Notes under the pieces: model-generated | Told to the model about the DNA's origin: nothing | The model's input: the letters and a program-made list of their open reading frames with translations, nothing else | Databases searched by the model: none | Shown: positions 1 to 11,115 of the stretch, piece by piece | Position numbering within the stretch: the first letter of the stretch is position 1 | How the letters are laid out: each line of letters starts with the position of its first letter | Made by a program: the position numbers and the translations under genes | Assembly (NCBI GenBank): GCA_036556305.1 | Contig: DATBJO010000069.1 | Location: forward strand, 1,520-65,519 | Source: Gemmatimonadota bacterium | GTDB taxonomy: Bacteria > Gemmatimonadota > Gemmatimonadetes > JACCXV01 > JAHWKZ01 | Direction of reading: 5' to 3' | DNA length: 64,000 nucleotides

Positions 1-234
1 GTCTGGCTCGGCGGCGACCCGGCGGCGGCCGGCCCGCCGCGGCGCTACGCGATCCTCGCGCCGCCGGATCCCGACGAAGCCGCGCGGCGACTCGCGGTCG
101 ACTCGCTCCCGCTCCTCGCCGTCGTGGACGCCAGGGGGCTGATTCGATACCGTCATGCCGGCCGGCGGGCGGTCCCGCCGCCGGTGGAAGACATCATCAT
201 CCAGCTCGACCATCTCCTTCGTTCGGGACGTTGA
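1..234 (+). CDS. C-terminal fragment (no start in window) of a thioredoxin-like TlpA/ResA-family thiol-disulfide oxidoreductase
   Basis: Frame 1 is open from base 1 to TGA at 232-234. The tail ...SLPLLAVVDARGLIRYRHAGRRAVPPPVEDIIIQLDHLL resembles redoxin C-termini (ID.dG.I...h.G......l...LL). It is absent from the ORF track because it has no Met. Confidence 0.4.
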   Translation, partial: VWLGGDPAAAGPPRRYAILAPPDPDEAARRLAVDSLPLLAVVDARGLIRYRHAGRRAVPPPVEDIIIQLDHLLRSGR

Positions 235-436
235 AGACGACCGATTTCTACGTTGCACTCCTGGTGTCTTCCTGCGGCGCAGGATTCACTACGCCTCGGC
301 ACCCACTCTCGTGGGTACCCGCCCTCGTCGCGCGCCTTGAACTCGGTCATCTTGAACGTCCCGCGATTCGGTGGACCCGTCGGCGGATCCCTGACGACGA
401 TCGCGATCTCTGACGACCCATTCCCCAGGAGCCTCC

Positions 437-2539
437 ATGAAGGTGTACGACAGCCAGAACCTCCGGAACCTCGCCGTCATCGGGCACGGCGGGTCGGGCA
501 AGACGACCCTCGTCAACGCGATGGCCTGGCTCGCGGGCTCGTGCGGACGCATGGGGTCGATCGAGGACGGCAACGCGCTGACCGACTTCACCCCCGACGA
601 GATCGAGCACCAGATCTCCATCAACCTGGCGCTCGCCTGGGCCGAATTCATGGATACGCGCATCAACCTGATCGACACGCCCGGGTACCTCGATTTCGTG
701 GGCGAGGTCAAGGCCGGGCTCCGGGTGGCCGACGCGGCGTGTCTCGTCGTCAACGCGGTCGCGGGCGTCGAAGTCGGGACCGAACGGGTGTGGGAGCACG
801 CCGCGGCCGAGAACCTGCCGCGCCTCGTGTTCGTCAGCATGATGGACAAGGAGCACGCCGACTTCGAGTCGGTCTACCGTCAGATCCGCGACACCCTGTC
901 GGATCGCGCGATCCCGGTCGAGATCCCGATCGGTCAGGGGACGGACTTCCATGGACTGTGCAACCTGTTCAGCGAGAAGGCGCACATCTACAAGCCGGGA
1001 ACGACAGGCGATCGCGAGATCGCCGACATTCCCGACGAGGTGCGGCCGGCCTACGATCGGTACCGGCAGGAGCTGATCGAGACGGTCGCCGAGACCGACG
1101 ACACGCTGATCGAGCGTTACCTGGAGGGCGAGCAGCTTTCGCGCGAGGAGGTGCTGGCCGCGATGAAGGACGGCATGCTGCGCAGGGAGCTCTTCCCGGT
1201 GTTCTGCGGCTCGGCGTTCGAGCTCCACGGCGTCCGGTCCCTGCTCCAGAAGGTCGTGGAGCTCGCGCCCAACCCGACCGAGCGGCCGGAAATCCGCGCC
1301 ACGCGGCCCGGCTCCGACGAAAAGGTCTTTCTCGCTCCGAACGGCGATTCGCCGACCAGCGCGCTCGTCTTCAAGACCACGACCGAGCCGCACGTCGGCG
1401 AGCTTTCGTACTTCCGGGTCTTCAGCGGGAAGGTGGCGAGCGGGGCGGATCTCCGGAATGCGACCCGCCAGCACGACGAGCGGCTGGCCCACATCGGGAT
1501 CATGCAGGGCAAGGACCGGACGGAGGTGCCCTATCTCCAGAGCGGCGACATCGGCGTGGTGCCCAAGCTCAAGGCGACCCACACCGGCGACACGCTCTCC
1601 GCGCGCGAGAATCCGGTCCTCCTGCGCGGCATCGACTTCCCGACGCCGGTGATCTCGGTCGCGATCGAGCCCGACAAGGAGGGTGAAGAGGAGAAGATCG
1701 GGAACGCGCTCGCCAAGCTCCACGAGGAAGATCCCACCTTCATCCACGCCTACAACCCCGAGCTCGGACAGACGATCATCCGGGGGATGGGCGAGCTCCA
1801 TCTCCAGGTCGTGCTCGAGCGCATGGAGCGGAAGTTCAACGTCAAGGCGCACATGAAGCAGCCCCGGATCGCGTATCGCGAGACGATCCGCCGGCGCGCG
1901 GAGGCCCAGGGTCGTTACAAGAAGCAGACCGGCGGGCGCGGCCAGTTCGGCGACTGCTGGATCCGCATCATCCCGCAGAGTCGCGGGGAGGGGTACGCGT
2001 TCGTCAATCAGATCACGGGTGGAGCGATCCCGCAGAAGTTCATTCCCGCGGTCGACAAGGGGATCCAGGAGGCGCTCGAAAAAGGCGTTCTCGCCGGCTA
2101 CCCGGTCGTCGACCTGAGGGTCGAGCTCTACGACGGGTCGTACCACACGGTCGACTCCAGCGAGATGGCGTTCAAGATCGCGGGCTCGATGGCCTTCCAG
2201 CACGCCACCGAGCGCGCCGACCCCGTGCTGCTCGAGCCGGTCATGGACGTGACCGTCGTCACGCCGGACGAATACCTGGGCGACGTGATCGGCGATCTCA
2301 ATCAGCGCCGCGGGCGGATCCTGGGCATGGAGCCCGCCGGCACGGGAAAGCAGAGGGTCCAGGCTCACGTGCCCCAGGCCGAGCTGTACCGCTACTCGAC
2401 GAACCTGCGCTCGCTGACTCAGGGCCGGGGCGACCACGTGCGCGCGTTCCGCGGGTACGAGGAAGTCCCCGCGCACATCGCCGAGCGGATCGTCGCCGAG
2501 GCCGAGGAGGAGCGGGCCGGGGCCGGCATCCGGCACTGA
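437..2539 (+). CDS. fusA: Elongation factor G paralog (EF-G2-like translational GTPase)
   Basis: 700 aa. G1 motif AVIGHGGSGKTT, DTPG, and EF-G domains II-V are visible throughout. GC3 is high. Confidence 0.9.
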   Translation: MKVYDSQNLRNLAVIGHGGSGKTTLVNAMAWLAGSCGRMGSIEDGNALTDFTPDEIEHQISINLALAWAEFMDTRINLIDTPGYLDFVGEVKAGLRVADAACLVVNAVAGVEVGTERVWEHAAAENLPRLVFVSMMDKEHADFESVYRQIRDTLSDRAIPVEIPIGQGTDFHGLCNLFSEKAHIYKPGTTGDREIADIPDEVRPAYDRYRQELIETVAETDDTLIERYLEGEQLSREEVLAAMKDGMLRRELFPVFCGSAFELHGVRSLLQKVVELAPNPTERPEIRATRPGSDEKVFLAPNGDSPTSALVFKTTTEPHVGELSYFRVFSGKVASGADLRNATRQHDERLAHIGIMQGKDRTEVPYLQSGDIGVVPKLKATHTGDTLSARENPVLLRGIDFPTPVISVAIEPDKEGEEEKIGNALAKLHEEDPTFIHAYNPELGQTIIRGMGELHLQVVLERMERKFNVKAHMKQPRIAYRETIRRRAEAQGRYKKQTGGRGQFGDCWIRIIPQSRGEGYAFVNQITGGAIPQKFIPAVDKGIQEALEKGVLAGYPVVDLRVELYDGSYHTVDSSEMAFKIAGSMAFQHATERADPVLLEPVMDVTVVTPDEYLGDVIGDLNQRRGRILGMEPAGTGKQRVQAHVPQAELYRYSTNLRSLTQGRGDHVRAFRGYEEVPAHIAERIVAEAEEERAGAGIRH

Positions 2540-2570
2540 CCCGAACGCCGGTCGGCCGACGGCCCCAAGC

Positions 2571-2819
2571 TTGCACAGCCCGGCGGCCATGGAGGAGCGA
2601 CCTCATACCGAGCCGGATCCGGTCGTGCCCGAGGACGGCTGGTACGCCGTTCCCGAAGAGGACTGGGGGGCGGCTCCGGTCACCAAGTTCCGCTGTCCGG
2701 TCCATCTGGTTCCCGAGGAGTGGCAGATCGTTTCCCAGGACGGTCAGCGGATGATCCGTTACTCGTGCCCGGTCGCCGGGTGCGGTCACGAATGGACGGT
2801 CAAGCGGATTCGCGCCTGA
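2571..2819 (+). CDS. Small hypothetical Cys/His-rich (zinc-ribbon-like) protein
   Basis: 82-aa ORF with CPVH...CPVAGCGH motifs and coding-like codon usage. It sits between fusA and yebC. The start may be the internal Met at 2589. Confidence 0.4.
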   Translation: MHSPAAMEERPHTEPDPVVPEDGWYAVPEEDWGAAPVTKFRCPVHLVPEEWQIVSQDGQRMIRYSCPVAGCGHEWTVKRIRA

Positions 2820-2860
2820 CCCCTCGCGAAACGCCACTTGCCGCAGCCGCGCCCGCGGCG

Positions 2861-2890
2861 TTGGAGCGGCCGTTCCACCGGGACTATATT
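2861..2890 (+). promoter_or_regulatory. Candidate sigma70-type promoter upstream of yebC-ruvCAB
   Basis: TTGGAG (2861-2866), 18-nt spacer, TATATT (2885-2890), about 50 nt upstream of the yebC start. Confidence 0.3.
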
Positions 2891-2937
2891 TCCCCGCACA
2901 GACCCCGTTCCGCTGAACGCTCCGTTCGAGGGGATCC

Positions 2938-3684
<747 letters not shown>

Positions 3685-3689
3685 CGCTC

Positions 3690-4217
3690 GTGCGCGTGCT
3701 CGGCGTCGATCCGGGCAGCGCGATCACCGGTTATGGCGTCGTCGAGTTCCGCGGCGGCGGAATCGCGTGCGTGGATTGCGGCACGATCCCGGGCGGGGCG
3801 GGAACCCTGGCGGACCGGCTCGTGTCGGTGTTCGACGGGCTCACCGACGTGATCCGGGCGTACCATCCCGCCGAGGTCGTCATCGAAAACGCGTTCCTGG
3901 GAAAGAACGTCCGCACGCTGGCCGTCATGAGCCAGACGCGAGGGGTCCTCGTTCTGGCGGCGCGAAAAGCCGGGCTTCCGGTGCACGAGTACACGCCGCG
4001 CGAGGTCAAGCAGTCGGTCGTCGGCACAGGTCGCGCGTCGAAGACCCAGATCGCGTGGATGGTCTCCACGCTCCTCCACATGCCGGCCGGACACGTGCCG
4101 CGCGACGCGACCGACAGCCTCGCGCTCGCGCTCTGTCACCTGAACCGTGGCGCGCGCGAGGTGGCGCGGGATGCCGGCGCCGATCGGCGCGGCCCCGGCA
4201 ACGGGAGGTCGCGGTGA
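3690..4217 (+). CDS. ruvC: Crossover junction endodeoxyribonuclease RuvC
   Basis: GTG start 6 nt after the yebC stop. VLGVDPGSAITGYGVV shows the RuvC catalytic-Asp N-terminus. This is the tail of six-frame ORF 3237..4217. Confidence 0.85.
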   Translation: MRVLGVDPGSAITGYGVVEFRGGGIACVDCGTIPGGAGTLADRLVSVFDGLTDVIRAYHPAEVVIENAFLGKNVRTLAVMSQTRGVLVLAARKAGLPVHEYTPREVKQSVVGTGRASKTQIAWMVSTLLHMPAGHVPRDATDSLALALCHLNRGAREVARDAGADRRGPGNGRSR

Positions 4218-4810
4218 TCGGCTCCCTGCGCGGGCGCCTCGCGCGGAAATCGATCGACGAGGTGACGCTCGAAGTCGGCGGGATCGGCTGGCGGGTCTCG
4301 ATCCCGCTCTCGACCTACGAGGCGCTGCCCGCCGAGGGCGAGGAAGCGATCCTCGTTACGCACCTCCACGTGCGCGAGGACGAGCTCACGCTGTACGGCT
4401 TCGCGTCCGCCCGCGAGCGGCGGCTGTTCGAGACGCTGGTCGGCGTGAGCGGTGTCGGGCCGCGCCTCGCGCTCCACGTGCTGTCGCGGCTCACCCCCGA
4501 GCGCTTCGTCGCCGCGATCCGGCGCCAGGACCTCGCGACGCTGACCGGCATCAGCGGCGTGGGGAAGAAGACCGCCGAGCGGCTCGTGCTCGAGCTCAAG
4601 GACAAGATGGGCGACTTCGCCGAGATCGAGGCCGAGGACGGCGAGCCGGTGGCGCTCACGACGAACGGCGAGGACGCGGTCAAGGCGCTGATCGCGCTGG
4701 GCATCGGCCGCACGATGGCGGAGCGCGCCGTGCAGGCGTCGCTCGCCGATGCGCCCGACGCGCCGGCCGCGGATCTCACGCGCCGGGCGCTGTCCTCGAT
4801 CCGCGAGTAG
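4214..4810 (+). CDS. ruvA: Holliday junction DNA helicase RuvA
   Basis: GTGA overlap with the ruvC stop. VIGSLRGRL...GVGPRLALHVLS...ISGVGKKTAERL shows the HhH motifs. Confidence 0.9.
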   Translation: MIGSLRGRLARKSIDEVTLEVGGIGWRVSIPLSTYEALPAEGEEAILVTHLHVREDELTLYGFASARERRLFETLVGVSGVGPRLALHVLSRLTPERFVAAIRRQDLATLTGISGVGKKTAERLVLELKDKMGDFAEIEAEDGEPVALTTNGEDAVKALIALGIGRTMAERAVQASLADAPDAPAADLTRRALSSIRE

Positions 4811-4819
4811 CGGGCGCGC

Positions 4820-5902
4820 ATGAGCGATCCCCGCCGCCCCGGGTTCCAGTCCTCCCTGCAGGGTCGCAAGTCCACGCGGCCGGAGCCGGCGACGCCCGAG
4901 GAAGCGGCCTTCGAGGAGACGCTCAGGCCGCGCACGCTCGAGGAGTTCGCGGGCCAGGAGAAGCTCAAGCAGAACCTCAGGATCTCGATCGAGGCCGCGC
5001 GTCAGCGCGGCGAGCCCCTCGGGCACTGCCTGTTCTCGGGCCCTCCGGGTCTCGGGAAGACGACGCTCGCGCACATCCTCGCGCGCGAGATGGGCGGCAA
5101 GATCCGCGTGACGAGCGGACCCGTGCTCGAGAAGCCGGGCGACCTGGCCGGCCTCCTCACGGGCCTCGAGGCGGGCGACGTCCTGTTCATCGACGAGATC
5201 CATCGTCTGCGCACCGTGGTCGAAGAGTACCTCTATCCGGCCATGGAGGAGTTCCAGCTCGACATCCTGATCGACTCCGGGCCCGCCGCGCGCTCGATCA
5301 CGCTGCCGCTCGAGCGCTTCACGCTCGTCGGGGCGACGACGAAGCGCGGGCTCCTGACGGGGCCCCTGCGCTCGCGGTTCGAGCACGCCGCGAGGCTCGA
5401 TTTCTATTCCTCCGACGAGCTCGCGGAGATCGTCCGCCGCTCGGCGCGGATCCTCGGCGTCGAGATCGAGGGCGACGCCGTGGAGGTGATCGCGGGCCGC
5501 TCGCGCGGCACCGCGCGCGTCGCGAACCGGCTGCTCAAGTGGGCGCGGGACTACGCGCAGGTGAAGGGGAAGGGGCGCATTACGGGCGCGATCGCACGCG
5601 ACGCGCTCCGCGCGCTCGAGGTCGACGAGCTGGGGCTCGACGAGATGGACACGCGGATCCTGACCGCGCTGATCGAGAAGTTCGGCGGCGGCCCGGTCGG
5701 TGTCGGCTCGCTCGCGGTGGCGGTCGGCGAGGACGCGGACACGCTGGAAGAGGTCCACGAGCCGTTCCTCATCCAGAGCGGCTTCCTGCATCGCACCCAG
5801 CGCGGGCGCGTGGCGACCGCCAGGGCCTATGCCCATCTCGGCCTTCCCGGCCGGCCGCCCGAGGTGCCGGGCGGGGATCAGCCCGAGCTCTTCCGCGACT
5901 AG
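4820..5902 (+). CDS. ruvB: Holliday junction DNA helicase RuvB
   Basis: 360 aa. Walker [10 protein letters not shown] and the RuvB AAA+ architecture are present. Confidence 0.95.
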   Translation: MSDPRRPGFQSSLQGRKSTRPEPATPEEAAFEETLRPRTLEEFAGQEKLKQNLRISIEAARQRGEPLGHCLFSGPPGLGKTTLAHILAREMGGKIRVTSGPVLEKPGDLAGLLTGLEAGDVLFIDEIHRLRTVVEEYLYPAMEEFQLDILIDSGPAARSITLPLERFTLVGATTKRGLLTGPLRSRFEHAARLDFYSSDELAEIVRRSARILGVEIEGDAVEVIAGRSRGTARVANRLLKWARDYAQVKGKGRITGAIARDALRALEVDELGLDEMDTRILTALIEKFGGGPVGVGSLAVAVGEDADTLEEVHEPFLIQSGFLHRTQRGRVATARAYAHLGLPGRPPEVPGGDQPELFRD

Positions 5903-5938
5903 CGGACTCCGCGCGTCGCGCGCGCCGCCCTTCCCGCG

Positions 5939-6349
5939 TTGCGCTCGCGGCGCTGCGTCCCAATATTCGGCTCACTCATGCAGCTCATCGTCCTCACCCG
6001 CGAGCAGGTCGAAACCGCGGCCCACCGCTTCGAGCGCCACGGCAATTCCGCCCTTCGCATCGCGCGCCATTTCCGGCGCGTGGACGACACGCGCAAGCTC
6101 GGGATGTGCCGCGCGCTGCGCCGGATCGAGCGGCAGTTCGCGATCAACCTGGGGACGGTGTGCTTCAAGTTCCTCGAGAAGGAGACGCGGCCGACCCCCG
6201 CGGTCCAGCAGCGAGTCATGGACTACGTGGCCTGCTGGCGCGACCTCGACGACGGCAGTCAGGATCTCGTGGTCTGCGTCGATCGCGTGCGGGAGATCGA
6301 CCGGCTGGCGGAAGGCGATCCCGCGTGGGCGAGCTCGGGCGGATCCTGA
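5939..6349 (+). CDS. Hypothetical protein
   Basis: 136-aa ORF (possible start MQLIVL at 5979) with high GC3 coding bias. No family recognised. Confidence 0.35.
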   Translation: MRSRRCVPIFGSLMQLIVLTREQVETAAHRFERHGNSALRIARHFRRVDDTRKLGMCRALRRIERQFAINLGTVCFKFLEKETRPTPAVQQRVMDYVACWRDLDDGSQDLVVCVDRVREIDRLAEGDPAWASSGGS

Positions 6350-6537
6350 TCTTCTTCGGGATCGCGCTGATCCTGCTGGGGGGTCTCTTCCTCCTGGGCC
6401 CGCGGATCCCCTTCGTGGGGCGCCTCCCCGGCGACTTCCTGATCCGGCGCGACCACGGGACCCTGTATTTCCCGCTCGCCACCTGCCTCATCCTGTCGCT
6501 CGTCATCAGCATCCTGCTGAACATCTTCTGGCGCTAG
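6325..6537 (+). CDS. DUF2905-like small membrane protein
   Basis: GTG start. LGRILIFFGIALILLGGLFLLGPRIPFVGRLPGDFLIRRDHGTLYFPLATCLILSLVISILLNIFWR has two TM helices with a GRLPGD motif. It is the C-terminal tail of a frame otherwise filled with Arg-rich noise. Confidence 0.6.
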   Translation: MGELGRILIFFGIALILLGGLFLLGPRIPFVGRLPGDFLIRRDHGTLYFPLATCLILSLVISILLNIFWR

Positions 6538-6586
6538 CGCCCTGAGTCACTAGACGCGCGCGTCCGTGCGGGCGGATCTTCCGACC

Positions 6587-7660
6587 ATGCGGATGGATGA
6601 TTTCGACTACGCGCTCCCGCGCGAGCGGATCGCGCAGCGGCCCGCGGACCCGCGCGGCGCGAGCCGGCTGCTGGTCCTCGATCGCGGCGCGCGATCCTTC
6701 GTCGACGCTCGATTCGGGGCGCTCGGCGAGCGGCTCCGCGCGGGCGACCTCCTGGTGGTCAACGACACCCGGGTCTTTCCGGCGCGTCTCGGAGCCCGGC
6801 GGCCGGGCGGGGCGGAGGTCGAGATCCTCCTCGTCCGCCCGCGGGGCGGAGCGGATCCGGGCCGCGCGGAGGGCCGGGAATGGGAGGCGATGGCCGGACC
6901 CGCGCGCAAGGCGCGGCCGGGCGACGCCCTCGAGCTCCTCGGTCGCGAGGGCGCGCCGGCGCCGGACGCCGTCGTCGAGATCCTGGAGCGTCTGCCCTCG
7001 GGAGGGCGCCTCGTGCGGCTCGACGTCCCCGGCGATCCGTGGGCGTGGATCGGGGCGCATGGCCACGTTCCCCTGCCGCCCTACATCGACCGGCCCGACG
7101 AGCCCGAGGACCGCGAGCGGTATCAGACCGTCTACGCGCGCCATCGGGGCGCGGTGGCGGCGCCGACCGCCGGCCTCCATTTCACTCCCGAGCTTCTCGA
7201 GGCGCTTGCGGCCCGGGGCGTGAAGCGGGCGGCGATCACGCTCCACGTGGGTCCGGGCACGTTCCGGCCGGTGACCGCGGAGCGCGCCGAGGAGCACGCG
7301 ATGGAAGCGGAGTGGTACCGGGTCGGACGGCAGACGGCCGAGGTCCTCGCCGACACGCGCGCAGCCGGCGGGCGCGTGATCGCGGTCGGGACGACGGTCG
7401 TCCGCGCGCTCGAGTCCGCGGCCCGCGGCTGGAAGGACGGTCCCGCCGCGGCGGAGGGCTGGACCGACCTCTTCATCACGCCGGGCCACGAGTTCCGCTG
7501 GGTCGACGCGCTCGTCACGAACTTCCACCTGCCGCGCTCGACGCTCCTCCTCCTCGTCTCTGCGTTCGCCGGCCGGGAGCTCGTGCTCGAGGCGTACCGC
7601 CACGCCGTCCGCGAAGGGTATCGGTTCTACTCGTACGGGGACGCGATGCTCATTCTCTGA
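6587..7660 (+). CDS. queA: S-adenosylmethionine:tRNA ribosyltransferase-isomerase QueA
   Basis: The MRMDDFDYALPRERIAQRP N-terminus is typical of QueA. The track ORF begins 21 nt earlier at 6566. Confidence 0.9.
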   Translation: MRMDDFDYALPRERIAQRPADPRGASRLLVLDRGARSFVDARFGALGERLRAGDLLVVNDTRVFPARLGARRPGGAEVEILLVRPRGGADPGRAEGREWEAMAGPARKARPGDALELLGREGAPAPDAVVEILERLPSGGRLVRLDVPGDPWAWIGAHGHVPLPPYIDRPDEPEDRERYQTVYARHRGAVAAPTAGLHFTPELLEALAARGVKRAAITLHVGPGTFRPVTAERAEEHAMEAEWYRVGRQTAEVLADTRAAGGRVIAVGTTVVRALESAARGWKDGPAAAEGWTDLFITPGHEFRWVDALVTNFHLPRSTLLLLVSAFAGRELVLEAYRHAVREGYRFYSYGDAMLIL

Positions 7661-7721
7661 ACGCCGCGCCGCGAACGGGAGCCGGATAGCCGAAACGGTC
7701 CGCGCGGGCTACTCTCGCGGC

Positions 7722-7892
7722 ATGGAGATCGAACTCGACGACGAAGAGCGACAGATCCTGCGCACGATCCTCGACAGCGAGCTCGCGGACCTCCGGATGG
7801 AGATGTCCGACACGGAGCGGAAGGATTTCCGGGATCGGCTGGCCCGGCGCAAGGCGGTCATCGAGAAGGTGATCGCGGCGCTAGGGGCGTAA
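7722..7892 (+). CDS. Small highly charged hypothetical protein (56 aa), below the ORF-track length cutoff
   Basis: Found by reading the + strand: ATG at 7722, TAA at 7890-7892. Translation is MEIELDDEERQILRTILDSELADLRMEMSDTERKDFRDRLARRKAVIEKVIAALGA. Third-position GC is very high. Confidence 0.4.
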   Translation: MEIELDDEERQILRTILDSELADLRMEMSDTERKDFRDRLARRKAVIEKVIAALGA

Positions 7893-7899
7893 CGCGCGG

Positions 7900-8892
7900 T
7901 CAGGGGACGCCGCCCGCGACCTCGGCGCGGCCGGGATCGGCGATTCGGCGCGCGATCCACTCCGCCAGCGCCGGGTGGGGAAGGATGGGCTCGCCGGTAT
8001 AGACGACCACAAGCCCGTCGAGATCCGCGGGGATCTTCTCGCGGCTCAGGCTCCCCTCGCTCACGAGGACCGGGACGACGACCACGGGCCGCCCCGTCAG
8101 GTCGTGCTGGAGCGCGATGATCTCGCGGATCCCCCGGACCGCTTCGGTCCGCACCTGGGCCGGCGCGTCGTCCCGCACGAGGCCCACCTTCACGTCGCGG
8201 AAGCCGGTCGCGTCCCGGACGCGCTCCGCGACGGGCCGCAGGTCCGCCATCCAGCGGGCATGGTCTTCGGCCGTGTTCGGGCCGTGCCCGATCAGGAACA
8301 GCGCCTGGTCGGCGGGAGATTCGGCGAGCGCGAGCGCCCGGTCGGCGAGCACCTCGGCCAGCTCCGGGGCGTCGTCGAGCGCCGCGGCGAGCATGACGCG
8401 CGGCCCGGCCGCGGGACGGGTGATGCCGGCCATCTCGAGATGATGGCGCATGTACGGGTCGAGCGAATCGATCTCGCCGGCCAGCCAGCGGAGCTGGTCG
8501 TAATGGCCGCTGTGACTGGAGACGAGGAGCGGGACGATCACGATCTCGGAGGCGCCGCGCTCGACGAGATCGGCGACGACGTTCTGGAACGGTCGCGCCT
8601 CGGCCCCGGGCCCCATCAGGAACGCCACCTCGACCGGGTCCCCGGTCGCGGCCCCCCGCGCGACCTCGCGCACGCGGTCGTTCCAGATCGTCCCGGCGCC
8701 GTGCGCGACGACGATCGCGGCGCGGGCCCCCGACGCCTCCCGGGCACCGCCTTCGAGCGACAGGGCCAGGTTCCGGCCGGGCGCGAGCGCGTCCCCGGAG
8801 GTGTCGGCGTCGACGCCGACGCGATCCTGCGCGGCGAGCGGAGAGGCGAGGGCGAAGAGCGAGAGCAGGATCAACGCGCTGCGCGTCGGCAT
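7900..8892 (-). CDS. Secreted two-domain CbiX-like (sirohydrochlorin chelatase family) protein
   Basis: 330 aa. N-terminal signal peptide MPTRSALILLSLFALASPLAAQ. Two CbiX-like halves (VVAHGAG..., FLIGHGPNT...). Confidence 0.7.
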   Translation of the reverse strand: MPTRSALILLSLFALASPLAAQDRVGVDADTSGDALAPGRNLALSLEGGAREASGARAAIVVAHGAGTIWNDRVREVARGAATGDPVEVAFLMGPGAEARPFQNVVADLVERGASEIVIVPLLVSSHSGHYDQLRWLAGEIDSLDPYMRHHLEMAGITRPAAGPRVMLAAALDDAPELAEVLADRALALAESPADQALFLIGHGPNTAEDHARWMADLRPVAERVRDATGFRDVKVGLVRDDAPAQVRTEAVRGIREIIALQHDLTGRPVVVVPVLVSEGSLSREKIPADLDGLVVVYTGEPILPHPALAEWIARRIADPGRAEVAGGVP

Positions 8893-8975
8893 GGGAGCCC
8901 CGGCTGCGGAGGTCGCCCCGGGCCGGACGATCGCCGCGCCCCGGGAATGGTCGTCGAAAGAAAGCCCTCGATGCG

Positions 8976-8992
8976 TTGAGACCGAGTCTCAA
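8976..8992. promoter_or_regulatory. Perfect 7-bp-arm palindrome TTGAGAC-cga-GTCTCAA (candidate operator) in the divergent intergenic region
   Basis: Seen directly in an AT-rich stretch between the CbiX-like gene (minus strand) and tgt (plus strand). Confidence 0.35.
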
Positions 8993-9002
8993 TCGTCGAT
9001 AG

Positions 9003-10560
<1,558 letters not shown>

Positions 10561-10564
<4 letters not shown>

Positions 10565-11085
10565 TCCGCGGAATCCGGCTCCTCGGGGATCCGATCCTGC
10601 GCCGGAAGACGGTTCCGGTCGAGAGATTCGACGCCGAGCTGACGTCGTTCCTCGAAGACCTGGTCGAGACGATGTACGAAGCCGACGGGGTGGGGCTGGC
10701 GTCCCCGCAGGTCGGCGACGCGCGCCGCGCCACCGTGATCGACGTCAGCGAAGAACGGGACGGGAGCCGTGTGCTGGAGCTCGTCAACCCGCGCATCGTG
10801 CGGACGGACGGTATGATCCAGAGCGAGGAGGGTTGCCTGTCGATTCCCGGGCTGACCGAGACGATCGAGCGCGCCGCCGTGGTCGACGTCGAGTACCAGG
10901 ACCGCCACGGCGAATCGCGGACCGTGACGGGAACCGACCTCCTCGCGCGCGCCCTGCAGCACGAGATCGACCACCTGGAGGGCATCCTGTTCATCGATTA
11001 TCTCGGACCCCTCAAGCGCCGCATGGTCGTCCGCGAGTGGCGTCGCTCGATGGCCGAGCAGGGAATCGAGGTCGCCGAGGGCTAG
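10561..11085 (+). CDS. def: Peptide deformylase
   Basis: Motifs GVGLASPQVG, EGCLSIPG and HEIDHLEG. GTGA overlap with yajC. Confidence 0.95.
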
Positions 11086-11115
11086 GCGCCGAGCGCCTCC
11101 GGCTCCGGCCCCGTC

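Noticed and set aside
347-2590. 747-aa minus-strand ORF, and similar very long Arg/Pro/Gly/Asp-rich ORFs antisense to or out of frame with real genes (for example 4136..5836 -, the body of 4147..6537 +, 7709..8992 -, the N-terminal part of 10833..12716 +, 11454..13175 -, 15497..17083 -, 16969..19605 -, 22243..24492 -, 30493..32697 +, 37609..39057 +, 38931..40811 +, 54391..56637 +, 55103..56722 -)
   Set aside because: These are high-GC genome artefacts. Their composition is low-complexity and dominated by R/P/G/A/D. They overlap well-supported genes with recognisable motifs on the other strand or frame. There is no RBS and no family resemblance.
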